A stretch of 64,000 nt of DNA from an uncultured Spirochaetota bacterium (GCA_963845535.1 CAWJSK010000019.1:64001-128000); one strand, 5' to 3'. Shown: positions 39,873 through 51,935, counted from the first letter of the stretch. Numbers and translations: made by a program. Notes: generated by a model from the sequence alone, not told the origin.

Positions 39873-41711
39873 ATGAAGGATATCAAGCTCCTCACCAAGC
39901 TCATTGGCGGATTTGTCCTCGTCGCCCTGATTGTCGTCGGCGTGGGCTATTTCGGCGTCACGGGAGTGGCGCGGCTTTCGGGGCAGCTTGACGCAGTGGG
40001 CAAGGTGGTTTTTCCGAGCGCAACCAACGTCTTGCGGATGCGGCTGGCAATGACGGAAATCCATTCCGCGGAGCAAGCCCTTCTGAGAAAAGGTATTGGA
40101 GACTCAGAACGGCAGAGCACCTACAACGAGATTGGCGCGGCAAAGAAGGACATCGACGCGGCGCGCCAGGCGTATGATTCCATTCCCAAGTCGCCGTCAG
40201 AAAAGGCCCTCTGGGATCGTTTCAACTCGACCTGGGATTCGTGGTGGAACGGGCATATGGCCTTCGAGGGGCTGGAGAAGGACCACTTCTCACGGCCGTC
40301 GGACCAGCTCGCGGACCTGGTGTATGAACAATCGATCTCCCAGACGCTGGACCAGGAGTCGGTTCCTTACGAAACGCTGACGAAGATACTCGCCGATATC
40401 GACCTGCTTCAATACCAGTACGCCGCCTCTGCCATGGACACGGGCGCCAGGATTTCATCCCAGGTCCGGCTGGCGACGGTGGTCGGGTTCATTGTCGGTC
40501 CGTTCCTCGCCCTCCTGTTCGGGTTCCTCCTTGCGATATCCATTTCGCGCCCACTCGCCCGCGGGGTCGCGTTTGCCGAGGTCGTTGCCAAAGGCGACCT
40601 GACTCAGCGCTTCGAGATCGTCCGAAAGGACGAGGTTGGCAAGCTTGCCGCGGCGCTCAATTTCATGGTGGAGAAGCTCAACGAGCTGATGCGGGGGATT
40701 CAGGACAGCGCTCACCGGGTGGCGTCCTCCAGCGAGGCCTTGAGCTCCGCCGCGGCCCACATGTCCGAAGGCGCGCAGACGCAGGCCTCCGCCCTCGAAG
40801 AGACGAGCGCCTCGGTGGAAGAGTTGAGCGCTTCCGTTGACCAGGTATCCGAGCACGCCCAGGCCCAGGCCGCGGCGGTGGCGGAAGGATCGAGCTCGAT
40901 GGAGCAGGTCAACACGGCCATCGAGGACGTGACGAGAAACCTCACGGCCATTGCCGACCTTGCCGCGAAATCAGTGGAGAAATCCGTGGAAGGCGCCCGC
41001 GCGGTCCAGGAAGTGGCCCAGGGGATTGGCCTGATTGCCGACAGCTCGGAGAAGATCGGGGGCATCGTGTCAGTGATCTCCGACATTGCCGACCAGACGA
41101 ATCTCCTTGCCCTGAACGCCTCCATCGAGGCGGCCCGCGCGGGGGAACATGGGCGCGGCTTCGCGGTGGTGGCCCAGGCTGTCAGCCAGCTTGCGGACCG
41201 CAGCTCGGCGTCCACGAAGGAAATCGAGCAGCTCATCAGGGAGAGCGTGAAACACGTAACGCGCGGGGTCGAGACGGCGCAAGGCTCGCAGAGCGCCATG
41301 GAGCAGATCCGCTCCACCTCGGAGAAGGTTCGGGAGATGATCGCCGGGCTTTCCCAGTCCATGGCGCAGCAGCTTGCCTCCGTTCGCGAGCTGGCGAAGG
41401 CGCTCTCGAACATCAACGAGATGAGCCAGAACATCTCCGCCGCCACGGAGGAACAGACGAGCAACGCCAAGCAGGTGTCAAAAGCGGTGGAAAGCGTGAA
41501 TGACGTGACCCAGGCCGCGGCCGCTTCCGCGGAGGAAATGTCGGGGGCCACCGACGAGATGTCTCGACTGGCCCTGGCGCTGCTCGGCCTCGTGGAGAAG
41601 TTCCGCATTGCCAACGCCGCGGAGGTTGCCGGGCTGGGGGAAGCCCTGCCGTTGGCGTCGGCGAGCCCCTCGCCCCAGCCTCCCAAGGAGAACCCGCCGC
41701 TGATCAACTGA
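39873..41711 (+). CDS. Methyl-accepting chemotaxis protein (4HB sensor, HAMP, signalling domain)
   Basis: Two TM segments; [41 protein letters not shown]. Confidence 0.95.
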   Translation: MKDIKLLTKLIGGFVLVALIVVGVGYFGVTGVARLSGQLDAVGKVVFPSATNVLRMRLAMTEIHSAEQALLRKGIGDSERQSTYNEIGAAKKDIDAARQAYDSIPKSPSEKALWDRFNSTWDSWWNGHMAFEGLEKDHFSRPSDQLADLVYEQSISQTLDQESVPYETLTKILADIDLLQYQYAASAMDTGARISSQVRLATVVGFIVGPFLALLFGFLLAISISRPLARGVAFAEVVAKGDLTQRFEIVRKDEVGKLAAALNFMVEKLNELMRGIQDSAHRVASSSEALSSAAAHMSEGAQTQASALEETSASVEELSASVDQVSEHAQAQAAAVAEGSSSMEQVNTAIEDVTRNLTAIADLAAKSVEKSVEGARAVQEVAQGIGLIADSSEKIGGIVSVISDIADQTNLLALNASIEAARAGEHGRGFAVVAQAVSQLADRSSASTKEIEQLIRESVKHVTRGVETAQGSQSAMEQIRSTSEKVREMIAGLSQSMAQQLASVRELAKALSNINEMSQNISAATEEQTSNAKQVSKAVESVNDVTQAAAASAEEMSGATDEMSRLALALLGLVEKFRIANAAEVAGLGEALPLASASPSPQPPKENPPLIN

Positions 41712-41859
41712 GCGCGGCGCTCCGCTGTGCGGCGCTCCGTTATATAGAAGAAACGCTATATTTTTGACGCTTGACTCGAAACGGCCATGCGATATACCGT
41801 TGCGTGCGGATCGCCGGTCTACGGCGGTCTGTAACTCACGCCGAAAGAGGAATCGCAGG

Positions 41860-43206
41860 GTGAATGCAACGAAGGAAGTCCAGCTTCTCGAAGACTCGAA
41901 GGTGAAGCTCACCATCCGCGTCCCGACGGAGGACGTCAGGAAACAATATGACGACATCCTCAAGGAGTATACGGAGAAAGCCCACCTGAAAGGTTTTCGG
42001 CCCGGCAAGGTACCGGCGGACATCATTGTGCGCAAACTGGGTCCCTCCCTCATTGACCAGACAAAGTCCGAGGTGCTGGAGAAGAGCCTCTCGGAAGCGT
42101 TCGAGAGCGTGGAACAGAAGCCCATTCCGTATTCGACCCCGGAGATCAAAGCGGATGACGCGCTGGAGCTCGGCAAGGAGTTCGCTTTCGAGGTGATCTA
42201 TGACACGTGGCCCGTGGTGGAGCTGGGTCCCTACACCGGGCTGGAGATAGACCAGCCTCAGTGGGAAATCACGGATGAGGACATAGGCCGGGAGCTGAAA
42301 GGCATCCAGGAGCAGAACGCACTCTTCACGGACAAGGAAAGCGGAGACCTGGAAAAGGGCAATATCGCCAACGTGGACTACGGGGAGCTTGAGGCAGGGG
42401 CGGAAAAACCGGGAACAAAGCGGGAAGCGTTCGTGTTCGAGGTTGGAACCGGGTACAACGTCTACAAGATAGATGACGACATCATCGGCATGAAAAAAGG
42501 GGAGACAAAGCTCGTCACGAAGGTCTACCCGGAGGACTTCGAGACAAGCGCCCTGGCGGGAAAATCCGTGACGCTCCGCGTCACCCTCAACAGCATCAAG
42601 GAGAAGAAGCTTCCGGAAATAAACGACGAGCTTGCCCAGGATATCAGTGAGAAGTTCAAGACCCTCGAAGAGCTGAAAGCGGATATCAGGACGAAGCTCG
42701 AGCACGCCGTGAAGCAGAACGTCCGTTCGCGCACCATCACCCGCCTGCTCGACTCCATCGTCGAGACGTCGAAGATCCCCCTTCCGCAGTCCCTTGTGGA
42801 TTACCAGCTAGAAAACATGTGGCAGGAGTACGTGAGCCAGATGCGCATTGATGAGAAGAAGCTCGTGCAGGTTCTTGAGGCGCAGGGCACCACCATGGAG
42901 AGCCTCCGCACCGAGTGGCTGCCGTCCGCCCAAAAGCGGGCGCGCCTGCAGCTCGTGATCTCCGAGGTGGCAAAGCGGGAGAGCATTGCCATCGAGGAAG
43001 GGGAACTGGACGCGGAGATCGCGAAGATGGCGGAGGAGCGCAAGGTGGCCCCGGACGAGCTCAAGGAAAGCCTTGCTCGCAGCAACCTCGTGGACTACAT
43101 GAAATCGAACCTCAGGATCGACAAGCTGTACGACTTCCTCCTCTCCAAGACCACGCTGCGGGCGGGTGAGAGCCGAAAAGTATTGGACATTCTGCAAGGG
43201 AAATAG
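41860..43206 (+). CDS. tig: Trigger factor
   Basis: GFRPGKVP signature, FKBP domain, PEINDELA; upstream of clpP. Confidence 0.95.
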   Translation: MNATKEVQLLEDSKVKLTIRVPTEDVRKQYDDILKEYTEKAHLKGFRPGKVPADIIVRKLGPSLIDQTKSEVLEKSLSEAFESVEQKPIPYSTPEIKADDALELGKEFAFEVIYDTWPVVELGPYTGLEIDQPQWEITDEDIGRELKGIQEQNALFTDKESGDLEKGNIANVDYGELEAGAEKPGTKREAFVFEVGTGYNVYKIDDDIIGMKKGETKLVTKVYPEDFETSALAGKSVTLRVTLNSIKEKKLPEINDELAQDISEKFKTLEELKADIRTKLEHAVKQNVRSRTITRLLDSIVETSKIPLPQSLVDYQLENMWQEYVSQMRIDEKKLVQVLEAQGTTMESLRTEWLPSAQKRARLQLVISEVAKRESIAIEEGELDAEIAKMAEERKVAPDELKESLARSNLVDYMKSNLRIDKLYDFLLSKTTLRAGESRKVLDILQGK

Positions 43207-43218
43207 GTACCATTCAGT

Positions 43219-43863
43219 ATGATGAAAATGGAAGGGCAGCTCATGCAGGAGATGGACACGAACCTTGTCCCGATCGTCATCGAACAGACGGGACGCGGGG
43301 AGAGGTCGTATGACATCTATTCACGGCTTCTCAAGGACAGGATTGTTTTCGTGGACGGAGAGATCTATGACGTCAACGCGGACCTCGTCGTGGCGCAGCT
43401 CCTTTTCCTGGAGTCGCAAGACCCCGAAAAGGACATCCACCTGTACGTGAACTCTCCGGGCGGGGCGGTGACCGCCGGGCTCGCCATCTATGACACCATC
43501 CAGTACATCAAGCCCAACGTCCAGACCATTTGCATGGGCCAGGCGGCCTCCATGGGGGCGCTCCTGCTCGCGTGCGGCACGCACGGCAAGCGGGCGGCTC
43601 TCCCTTCCTCGCGGATCCTCATCCACCAGCCCTGGGGCGGAGTCTCCGGGCAGGCGGTGGACATCAGCATCCAGGCCCGGGAGCTGGTGCGGATCAAGAA
43701 GCTCATCATTTCCTATTTCGCGGAGCACACGGGGAAATCAGCCGAAACTGTAGAAAAGGATCTCGAGAGGGACTATTATATGTCCGCGGAAGAGGCGCTC
43801 GAATACGGCCTCATCGACAAGATTCTAAGGCGGAGCAAGAGTGGCGAAAACTCCCAAAAGTGA
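43219..43863 (+). CDS. clpP: ATP-dependent Clp protease proteolytic subunit
   Basis: [26 protein letters not shown]. Confidence 0.97.
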   Translation: MMKMEGQLMQEMDTNLVPIVIEQTGRGERSYDIYSRLLKDRIVFVDGEIYDVNADLVVAQLLFLESQDPEKDIHLYVNSPGGAVTAGLAIYDTIQYIKPNVQTICMGQAASMGALLLACGTHGKRAALPSSRILIHQPWGGVSGQAVDISIQARELVRIKKLIISYFAEHTGKSAETVEKDLERDYYMSAEEALEYGLIDKILRRSKSGENSQK

Positions 43864-45094
43864 CGGCTTCAAGGTCTGTTCCTTCTGCGGGAAAAGCGCC
43901 GACGTGGCGCGGCGGCTGATTGCCGGTCCCGGAGTCTTCATCTGCGACGAATGCGTCAACGTCTGCAAGAAGATATTGGATGAGGAGGAGGAAAACCTCT
44001 CCATTGAGTTCACGGAGGACATCCCCAAGCCGCGCGAGATCAAAGACTACCTTGACCAGTACGTGATTGCGCAGGAGCAGGCAAAGAAGGTCCTCTCCGT
44101 TGCGGTCTACAACCACTACAAGCGCATAGCCCTTGGCCACAAGGTCCAGAACGACGTGGAGCTGGAGAAGTCCAACGTCCTTCTCATTGGCCCCACGGGG
44201 ACGGGTAAGACGCTCCTTGCGCGGACGCTGGCGCGCAAGCTCAAGGTGCCGTTTGCCATTGCGGATGCAACCACTCTCACGGAGGCCGGCTACGTCGGGG
44301 AAGACGTCGAGAACATCCTCCTGAAGCTCATCCAGAACGCCGGGAACAACATCTCCGCCGCGGAGCGCGGGATCGTGTACATCGATGAGATAGACAAGAT
44401 TGCGCGCAAGAGCGGGGATAACCCTTCCATCACCCGGGACGTCTCGGGAGAAGGGGTCCAGCAGGCTCTCCTCAAGATCGTGGAGGGAACGGTGGCATCA
44501 GTGCCGCCCCAGGGCGGCCGAAAACATCCCAACCAGGAGATGCTTCGCATCGACACCACGAACATCCTCTTCATCTGCGGCGGGGCTTTCGTCGGCCTGG
44601 ACAAGATCGTTGAGCAGCGCACCGTTGCGCACCCCCTGGGCTTCGGTTCCGACCCCAAGGGATTGGGAGAAAAGGACCTCCTGGAGCTCTATGCGCAGCT
44701 ACAGCCGGATGACCTGATACGCTACGGCCTCATCCCCGAGTTCGTGGGGCGGCTGCCCATCCTGGTCCCCCTGGAGGAACTGGATGCCGACGCTCTGCGG
44801 CGCATCATCACGGAGCCGCACAACGCAATCCTCAAGCAGTACAAGGCTTCCTTCAAGCTGGATGACGTGGAGCTCGAGTTCGAAGATCCCGCCATTACCG
44901 CAATCGCCCACAAAGCCATCGAACGCAAGACGGGTGCCCGGGGGCTGCGGGCAATCGTGGAAGCGCTGATGATGGACGTCATGTTCGACATCCCGTCGCT
45001 CAAGGGCGCGAAAAAGGTCATCATCAACGAGCGGGTGGTCACGAGCGCGGAGAAACCCGAGATCATCCTCGCCGGCGAGAAAAAGACGGCATAA
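43841..45094 (+). CDS. clpX: Clp protease ATP-binding subunit
   Basis: CSFCGK...CDECV zinc domain, [26 protein letters not shown] loop. Confidence 0.97.
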   Translation: MAKTPKSDGFKVCSFCGKSADVARRLIAGPGVFICDECVNVCKKILDEEEENLSIEFTEDIPKPREIKDYLDQYVIAQEQAKKVLSVAVYNHYKRIALGHKVQNDVELEKSNVLLIGPTGTGKTLLARTLARKLKVPFAIADATTLTEAGYVGEDVENILLKLIQNAGNNISAAERGIVYIDEIDKIARKSGDNPSITRDVSGEGVQQALLKIVEGTVASVPPQGGRKHPNQEMLRIDTTNILFICGGAFVGLDKIVEQRTVAHPLGFGSDPKGLGEKDLLELYAQLQPDDLIRYGLIPEFVGRLPILVPLEELDADALRRIITEPHNAILKQYKASFKLDDVELEFEDPAITAIAHKAIERKTGARGLRAIVEALMMDVMFDIPSLKGAKKVIINERVVTSAEKPEIILAGEKKTA

Positions 45095-45112
45095 CGGCCG
45101 TTTGGCAAGCGC

Positions 45113-47833
45113 ATGAAGATCCTTCTCAAAAGACACGAGATGTTCATGGTTCCGCTGAAGGACCTCGCCGTCTTTCCGCGGATGATCGTGCCGCTGTTCG
45201 TGGGACGCCGACGCTCGCTGCGCAGCGTGGAAGAGGCCATGCGCCTGGGGCGCCCGCTTTTCCTGGTGTCGCAGCGCAAGACGGGAGTTGAGGAGCCTGA
45301 CGAGCGGGACGTGCACGACGTCGGGACCGTTTCCCGCGTGCTCCAGATGCTGAAGCTCCCTGACGGGAAGATACGGCTTCTCGTGGAGGGGCTCGAGCGC
45401 GCGGCCATCGCCAGATACTCGGAGACCCGTGACTCCTTCCGCGTAATCGTGCGGCCCTTCCCGCAGGCAACCGAGGTCACCCCCCAGATTTCCGCGCTCA
45501 TGCGCACGGCGCTTTCGCAGTTCACCCGATACTCGGAAGTCTCCAAGAAAGTCCCGCCGGAAGCCGTCACCGCCGTTGAAGGCGCTGACCTGCCGGACAC
45601 GCTCGTCGACCTGATTGCCGGAAACCTGCCGCTCAAGCTGCCGCAGAAGCTGGAGCTCCTGTCCATTGAAGATCCTGAGGCGCGCCTGGAAAGGTGCGCC
45701 GCAATCGTGGCTTCCGAGATCGAGGTCCTCTCCCTGGAGCAGGAGATCACGGGCAAGGTCAGGCGGAAGCTTGAGAAGACCCAGAAGGACTATTTCCTCA
45801 ACGAGCAGCTCAAGGAGATCCAGCGCGAGCTTGGCGCGGAAGGGGAGGACCCCACCGGCGCCCGAGAGCTGGAGGAGAAGGTCAAGGCCAAGGGTTTGCC
45901 GCCAGAGGTGGCGGAGAAGTGCCAGAAGGAGCTGAAGCGGCTGGGCCGCATGCAGCCCATGTCTCCGGAGTCCGCGCTCCTCAGGACGTACCTCGAATGG
46001 ATCTCCGACCTGCCGTGGAAGGAGACCACCGCTGACAACCACGACATCGAGCGCGCGCACCGGATCCTGGACGAAGACCACTATGACCTGAAAAAAGTCA
46101 AGGAACGGATCCTGGATTTCATTGCGGTGCGCCAGCTTTCCCCGACGGTCAAAGGGCCCATCCTCTGCTTTATCGGCCCCCCGGGCACTGGCAAGACGTC
46201 CCTGGGCCGCTCCGTGGCCCGCTCCCTGGGACGGAACTTCGTACGCGTTTCCCTGGGCGGCGTTCGAGACGAAGCGGAGATCCGCGGGCACAGGAAGACG
46301 TACGTCGGCGCGCTCCCCGGCAAGATCCTCCAGTCCATGCGCAAGGCCGGGTCACGCAACCCCGTTTTTCTCCTGGATGAGATTGACAAGATGAGCTCGG
46401 ACTGGCGCGGTGATCCCGCCTCCGCTCTCCTGGAGGTGCTGGACCCCGAGCAGAACGCCACTTTCGTGGATCACTATCTCGAAGTGCCGTATGACCTTTC
46501 CCACGTGATGTTCATCACCACCGCCAACTCGTCGCACAACATCCCGTATGCCCTGCGCGACAGGATGGAAGTGATCGAGATTTCGGGATACACGGAGCTC
46601 GAGAAAGAGAAGATCGCGGAGAAGTTCCTCGTTCCCAAGCAGATCAGGGAGAACGGGCTGGACTGGGCCAATATCACGTTCCAGAAGTCTGCCATCCTGA
46701 AGCTCATCAGGGGCTTTACAATGGAAGCAGGCGTGAGAAACCTGGAGCGCGAGATTGCCAACATCATTCGAAAGATCGCGCGGGAAGCCGTGAAAGAGGG
46801 CAGGATGCCGCCGGCACCGCCGCAGCCGCAACAGGCTGCGCCACAGCTTTCGGCGGCGCAGGAAGAGCAGGAGCCCGTGGGCGTCGAGCCCGAACAACAA
46901 GAACCGCCGCTCGGCGCGGAGGGTCCAGCCGCCACGTCCGTTCCGGTCACCGCGTCCGCTCCGGCCGCCACGTCCGTTCCGGTCACCGCGTCCGCTCCGG
47001 CCGCCGGGTCCGTTGCGGCCGAGGCGCCGGCTCTGCAGCCTGAACAGGCGGACCCGGCCTCCCCGGCGGGAGCCGCTGCGCCTTTCGCGGTCACCGTCAC
47101 GGGAAGGAACGTGGAGAAATATCTCGGCAAGGTGAAGTTCCTGGAGAACACCTTCTCCCGAGACGTGAAGCCGGGCCTCGCATATGGTCTTGCGTGGACC
47201 GAGGTGGGGGGGCAGCTGCTGCCCGTGGAGGTCGCAATCCTCAAGGGCAAGGGGGAGCTGATGCTGACCGGGAGCCTCGGGGACGTGATGAAGGAAAGCG
47301 CGCAGGCGGCGCTTTCTTTCCTGCGCGCCCACCACGCGGCCCTGGGCATCCCTGCTGATTTCACCAAGGATCGGGACATCCATATCCACGTTCCCGAGGG
47401 AGCCATCCCGAAAGACGGCCCGTCGGCGGGAATCACGCTGGCCGCGGCTCTGCTTTCGGCGGTTTCCGGCATTGCCCTGAAAAGCGGTTTCGCCATGACC
47501 GGGGAAATCACGCTCACGGGGCGGCTCCTTCCCATTGGCGGCGTCAAGGAGAAAGTCCTGGCAGCCCATCGATACAAGATGACGCAGGTGCTCCTGCCGC
47601 GACGCAATGAGAAGGACCTCGAGGAAATCCCCGCCGAAGTGCAGAAGGAGATGGGTTTCGAGTTCGCGGATTCCGTGCTCGACGCCATTGCCATCCTTTT
47701 CCCGGCCGGAAGCTTCTCCGAAGGAGAGGCCGCTGACCGGCCTGCCGCCGCCACGGAACAAGACAGAACGCAATCCGCTGAGGAGCCTCTTGCCCCCGCA
47801 GACGGGGTTCCGCTCCAGCAGCCATCCGCCTGA
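45113..47833 (+). CDS. lon: Lon protease with a low-complexity insertion
   Basis: GPPGTGKTS, LLDEIDK, PKDGPSAG, GGVKEK. Confidence 0.97.
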   Translation: MKILLKRHEMFMVPLKDLAVFPRMIVPLFVGRRRSLRSVEEAMRLGRPLFLVSQRKTGVEEPDERDVHDVGTVSRVLQMLKLPDGKIRLLVEGLERAAIARYSETRDSFRVIVRPFPQATEVTPQISALMRTALSQFTRYSEVSKKVPPEAVTAVEGADLPDTLVDLIAGNLPLKLPQKLELLSIEDPEARLERCAAIVASEIEVLSLEQEITGKVRRKLEKTQKDYFLNEQLKEIQRELGAEGEDPTGARELEEKVKAKGLPPEVAEKCQKELKRLGRMQPMSPESALLRTYLEWISDLPWKETTADNHDIERAHRILDEDHYDLKKVKERILDFIAVRQLSPTVKGPILCFIGPPGTGKTSLGRSVARSLGRNFVRVSLGGVRDEAEIRGHRKTYVGALPGKILQSMRKAGSRNPVFLLDEIDKMSSDWRGDPASALLEVLDPEQNATFVDHYLEVPYDLSHVMFITTANSSHNIPYALRDRMEVIEISGYTELEKEKIAEKFLVPKQIRENGLDWANITFQKSAILKLIRGFTMEAGVRNLEREIANIIRKIAREAVKEGRMPPAPPQPQQAAPQLSAAQEEQEPVGVEPEQQEPPLGAEGPAATSVPVTASAPAATSVPVTASAPAAGSVAAEAPALQPEQADPASPAGAAAPFAVTVTGRNVEKYLGKVKFLENTFSRDVKPGLAYGLAWTEVGGQLLPVEVAILKGKGELMLTGSLGDVMKESAQAALSFLRAHHAALGIPADFTKDRDIHIHVPEGAIPKDGPSAGITLAAALLSAVSGIALKSGFAMTGEITLTGRLLPIGGVKEKVLAAHRYKMTQVLLPRRNEKDLEEIPAEVQKEMGFEFADSVLDAIAILFPAGSFSEGEAADRPAAATEQDRTQSAEEPLAPADGVPLQQPSA
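46928..47020 (+). repeat. 36-bp tandem repeat (2 perfect copies plus a degenerate partial) in lon
   Basis: GCCGCCACGTCCGTTCCGGTCACCGCGTCCGCTCCG x2. Confidence 0.9.
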
Positions 47834-47839
47834 GGTCGG

Positions 47840-48481
47840 ATGGAGCACCTCCTCAGGACGCTCGAGCCTTACCTCCACCGCTACGGATACCTCGCCGTTT
47901 TCGCCGCGATCTTCCTGGAAGACTTCGGAGTACCCATGCCCGGAGAGACCCTGCTTATTGCGGGCGCGCTGCTGGCGTCCCGCGGCAGCTTCAATATTTT
48001 CGTGCTTGTGATCACGGCGGTGTGCGCGGCCACATTGGGGGACAACGTGGGCTACGCCATTGGCCGGTTCGGCGGCCGACGGCTCGTGCTGCGCTACGGC
48101 CGGTACGTTCTCGTCACCCCGGCGCGGTTGGAGCGGGCGGAGCGGTTCTTCCAGACCCGCGGCGCGCTTGTGGTCATTGCCGCCCGGTTTTTCGAGATCC
48201 TTCGACAGCTCAACGGAATAGTGGCGGGCATCTCGGGGATGCGCTGGTGGCGCTTCCTGGTCTACAATGCCACGGGAGCGGCGCTGTGGGTGGGGTTCTG
48301 GAGCATTCTTTTCTTCCAGCTTGGCCGGCAGGGGGAGCGGGTCGGGCTCCTTTTCAGGAGATACGAGCCTTTTGCGGCGGGGCTCATCCTCCTGGCCATC
48401 ATCTGCGGGGTCGGGGTTCGCGTTTTTCTCAGGAGGCGCCATGGGACGCGAGACGACACCCATCCGGGTCCTCGTGATTGA
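47840..48481 (+). CDS. DedA family membrane protein
   Basis: LEDFGVPMPGE, LGDNVGYAIGR, ARFFEILR. Confidence 0.9.
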   Translation: MEHLLRTLEPYLHRYGYLAVFAAIFLEDFGVPMPGETLLIAGALLASRGSFNIFVLVITAVCAATLGDNVGYAIGRFGGRRLVLRYGRYVLVTPARLERAERFFQTRGALVVIAARFFEILRQLNGIVAGISGMRWWRFLVYNATGAALWVGFWSILFFQLGRQGERVGLLFRRYEPFAAGLILLAIICGVGVRVFLRRRHGTRDDTHPGPRD

Positions 48482-48496
48482 AGGTGGAGGCGCGCC

Positions 48497-49291
48497 TCAG
48501 GCGTTTGACCTGCGCCGCCGGCCCGCGGAGATGATCCGCTTCAATTCTCCAAGACCGTCACGCATGGCCTGCGCGCCGCGGTCCACGAGCTCATCAGCTT
48601 TCTTCAAGTTCCTGTAATGAAACCCCTGCAGGTCGGGGCTCACCACGAGATCGGCTGATGACATCCCCTTCTGGCCGGCGCCTGCAAGGAGGATGTCGAA
48701 GGTGTAGTAGGCGATGTCCAGGATGTTGCGGGGCGGGCCGGACTGGAGCTTGCGCGCGTGCAGGTTGACGCCAATGACGATGTCAGCTCCGAGGGACCGC
48801 GCAACGTCCGCCGGGACGTCATTCACGAGCCCTCCATCCACGAGCGCCATGTCTCCTCTGCGCAGAGGCTCAAAGAGTCCGGGCACGCTGCAGCTTGCCC
48901 GGACCGCTTTCGCCACCGAGCCGGTGGTGAACACCACCTGCTCGCCGCGCTCGAGGTCGGTGGCCACCGCGGCAAACGGAATCCGCAATTCGGAGAAGTC
49001 CAGCGCGCCGGTCATGGCCTCTACGTAACGTTCCAGCTTGTCCAGGCGCATCATCCCCTGCCGAGGGAACGTCAGGGAAACGAGGTTGGACCACTCCACC
49101 CGGCGGGCGGCGTCCCATATCTCTTTCCAGGAGCGGCCCGCGCAATGGGCTGCGCCGATGACGCTCCCGGCGCTTGTGCCTGCAACACAGTCCACCGTGA
49201 TGCCTTCCTCTGAAAGCACCCGGAGAACGCCAATGTGGGCAAGACCCAGCGCGGCGCCTCCGCCGAGGGCAAGTCCGATTCGAAGGCTCAC
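48497..49291 (-). CDS. Patatin-like phospholipase (RssA-like)
   Basis: LGGGAALGLAHIG, GTSAG, DGG. Confidence 0.9.
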   Translation of the reverse strand: MSLRIGLALGGGAALGLAHIGVLRVLSEEGITVDCVAGTSAGSVIGAAHCAGRSWKEIWDAARRVEWSNLVSLTFPRQGMMRLDKLERYVEAMTGALDFSELRIPFAAVATDLERGEQVVFTTGSVAKAVRASCSVPGLFEPLRRGDMALVDGGLVNDVPADVARSLGADIVIGVNLHARKLQSGPPRNILDIAYYTFDILLAGAGQKGMSSADLVVSPDLQGFHYRNLKKADELVDRGAQAMRDGLGELKRIISAGRRRRSNA

Positions 49292-49401
49292 TCCCGGAGG
49301 ATATCCGCGGCCGCAGCGGGCAGTCAAGGTTGCCCAGCAGGTTGCCCAGCACGAAGGTCGGCAATGTTGCCGAGCCGTCAAAGGCTGCCTACATTGTCTT
49401 C

Positions 49402-50010
49402 ATGAAAACGCACATTCGGCCGGCACGACCGGTCGTCTTTCTTATTGTCACACTCCTCATGGCCGGGGCGGCCGCCGCGGGCTTCGCGCAGGCGGCCATG
49501 GCGGTCTCCGTGGACGGGACCGTCGCGTCGGTGAGCGCAGGGCAGATAACTCTTACCGCGGCGGACGGCAGCACGAAGAACGCGACCCTCTCAGCCGCAA
49601 CCATGATCCTGGAGCGGCACAAGGCCACGCTGAGCGACATCCAGAAGGGCGACGCCATGGGGGTCACGACGCATCGGGCCGCTGATGGAAGCATGACCGC
49701 GACCGCCATCAACATCTTCCCGGCAGTTTTGTACAAAGTGGTCAAGAAGGGCCAGTTCCCCATGCAGCAGCCCGGCCAGATCATGACAAACGCGCTCGTT
49801 GACGCCTACGTGGCGAAGGGGGACACTCACGCGCTCACGATGAAGTACGGCAGCGAGACTTACCCCATCGTCGTGCCTGACAGCGCGGAAATCTACCGCC
49901 TTGTGCCGGTGGACAAGTCCATGGTGAAGGCGGGCATGCACGTCCTGGTCCGCGGCAGCGCGAACGCGGACGGGAGCATCAAGGCGGCCGTCGTAAGCTA
50001 CGACGGATAG
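49402..50010 (+). CDS. Secreted hypothetical protein (DUF5666-like beta-barrel repeats)
   Basis: Signal peptide; GTVASVSAGQITL, LSDIQKGD, ADGSMTA / ADGSIKA duplication. Confidence 0.6.
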   Translation: MKTHIRPARPVVFLIVTLLMAGAAAAGFAQAAMAVSVDGTVASVSAGQITLTAADGSTKNATLSAATMILERHKATLSDIQKGDAMGVTTHRAADGSMTATAINIFPAVLYKVVKKGQFPMQQPGQIMTNALVDAYVAKGDTHALTMKYGSETYPIVVPDSAEIYRLVPVDKSMVKAGMHVLVRGSANADGSIKAAVVSYDG

Positions 50011-50042
50011 GGCGTTCGACGCGGGCAAGCCGCGATCTTCGC

Positions 50043-50071
50043 TTGCACAATTGCGCCCCTGCGGCTACCAT
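50043..50071 (+). promoter_or_regulatory. Sigma70-type promoter
   Basis: TTGCAC-17 nt-TACCAT. Confidence 0.5.
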
Positions 50072-50150
50072 GGATGGTGACGCTGGGCGGCCTTCCGGTG
50101 ATCCCTGGCACAGCGGAGCTGTGCGGAGCCCCGGCCGCCCTTTGCCATCC

Positions 50151-51928
50151 ATGGCTAAGGGGCGCTCCTGAAGTACCACAGCATTCGGACCAAGCTTCTC
50201 ATCTATTTCGTCGCTGTCATCATTCTCCCCCTGCTGACTTTGGGGATCCTCGGGCCCTCCATCTCCGCTCGCATCATCGAACGGGAAGTCACGAATCATA
50301 CCGTCCAGCTCATCCGGCAGGTTACGCGCAATGCCGAGCTCTACATCCGTAAAATGGAGAGCCTCGCTTCCATCCTCGTGGCGGACGCGGACGTGCAGGC
50401 TTTTTACCGCATCGACGACCAGGGGGCTCCTTTCTCCCCGGACAGCCAACGGCGGGCCTTGCGCCTTTTGGGAAACATCACCCGCGTCAATTCGGAGATC
50501 GCCGGCATCCTGCTCGTCAACGATGCGGACGGATACCTCAGCAATGAAATCCAGCCCATAACGCGTGATCCCCTCCTGGAAGAAGACTGGTACCGTCGCG
50601 CCATCCGCTACGCTCCGGACGTGCAGCTTCTCCCCCGTCCCGTCGGCAGGAACCTGCGCAACACCCCCGGCTACAGCGCGGATGACGTCGTCTCCATCGT
50701 GAAGGCCGTGATCGACCCGCGTACGGGGCGCGCCCGCGGCGTCGTCCTCATCGACATGAAGCTCCAGGTGGTCCAGGACATCTTTGTCGACATGAAAGTG
50801 GGCCAGGGCGGGTTTCTCTTCATCGAGGATGCGGAGGGCGGCACGGTCTACGCGCCCGTCAACCCCGTCGTATATCGCGTGAGAGGGGATTGGCTTGCCG
50901 GTCCCCAGACGAGCGTAATCCGCCGGATCCAGGGCGCGGATTACCAGATCCTGGCCCAGAGCTCCGATTACACGGGGTGGAAGACCATCGGGGTCTTCCC
51001 GTTGAACGAGATCATGGGGCAGGTGAGCCTCATCCGCTACTACTCCTTCATCATAGCGGGCGTGACGCTCTTCATTGCGGCGGTGGCCTCGATCTTTTTC
51101 ACCGGGTCCATTGCCCGGCCCGTCATAGCCCTTCGCGTCCTCATGAAGGAAGCGGAGGAAGGGAACCTCGCCGTGCGTTTCCAGGGCCGGGAAGAGGACG
51201 AGATCGGGCACCTGGGCAAGAGCTTCAACACGATGATCGAGGAGATCCAGAAGCTCATCGACCTGGTCTACCGGGAGCAGCAGTCCAAGAGGGAGGCCGA
51301 GCTGAAGACGCTCCAGGAACAGATCAAGCCGCACTTCCTCTACAACACGCTGGACACAATCCACTGGATGGCGCAGGCGCGAGGGGCCAACGACATCGTG
51401 CAGATCGTGAGCGCGCTCACAAGCCTTTTCCGCATCGCCCTTTCCAAGGGCAAGGAGATGATCAGCCTGAGCGATGAGCTGGAGCACGTGCGCAGCTACC
51501 TCATCATCCAGAAGCTGCGCTACGAGGACAAGTTCGATTATTCCCTGTGCGTCCAGGACGACGTGCTGCCGTACATGGTGCTGAAGCTGACGCTTCAGCC
51601 CCTGGTTGAGAACGCGATCTACCACGGGATCAAGGAGCGGCGCGGACATGGGATAATCCGGGTCGACGCGCTGCGAAGGGACCAGACGCTGGTGCTTCGC
51701 GTGTGCGATGACGGCGTGGGGATGTCCGACGAAAAGCTCACCGAGGTGCGTACCCTTCTCTCGAAGGCGCCCGCGGAGAGCTCCCAGAAGACGGGCTACG
51801 GCATATCCAACGTCAACGAGAGGATCCAGCTTTCTTTCGGCAAGAGCTTTGGGTTGCGCTTCGAGAGCTCGCCGGGCGGGGGAACGACCGTGGAGATAAT
51901 GCACCCTCTGATCCGGGGGAAGGAATAA
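50151..51928 (+). CDS. YesM/LytS-type sensor histidine kinase (dCache-HAMP); G-run frameshift ~50160
   Basis: SIRTKLLIYF TM1; QIKPHFLYNTL, LQPLVENAIYHG, DDGVGM, GYGISNV. Confidence 0.9.
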
Positions 51929-51935
51929 GGCGCGC

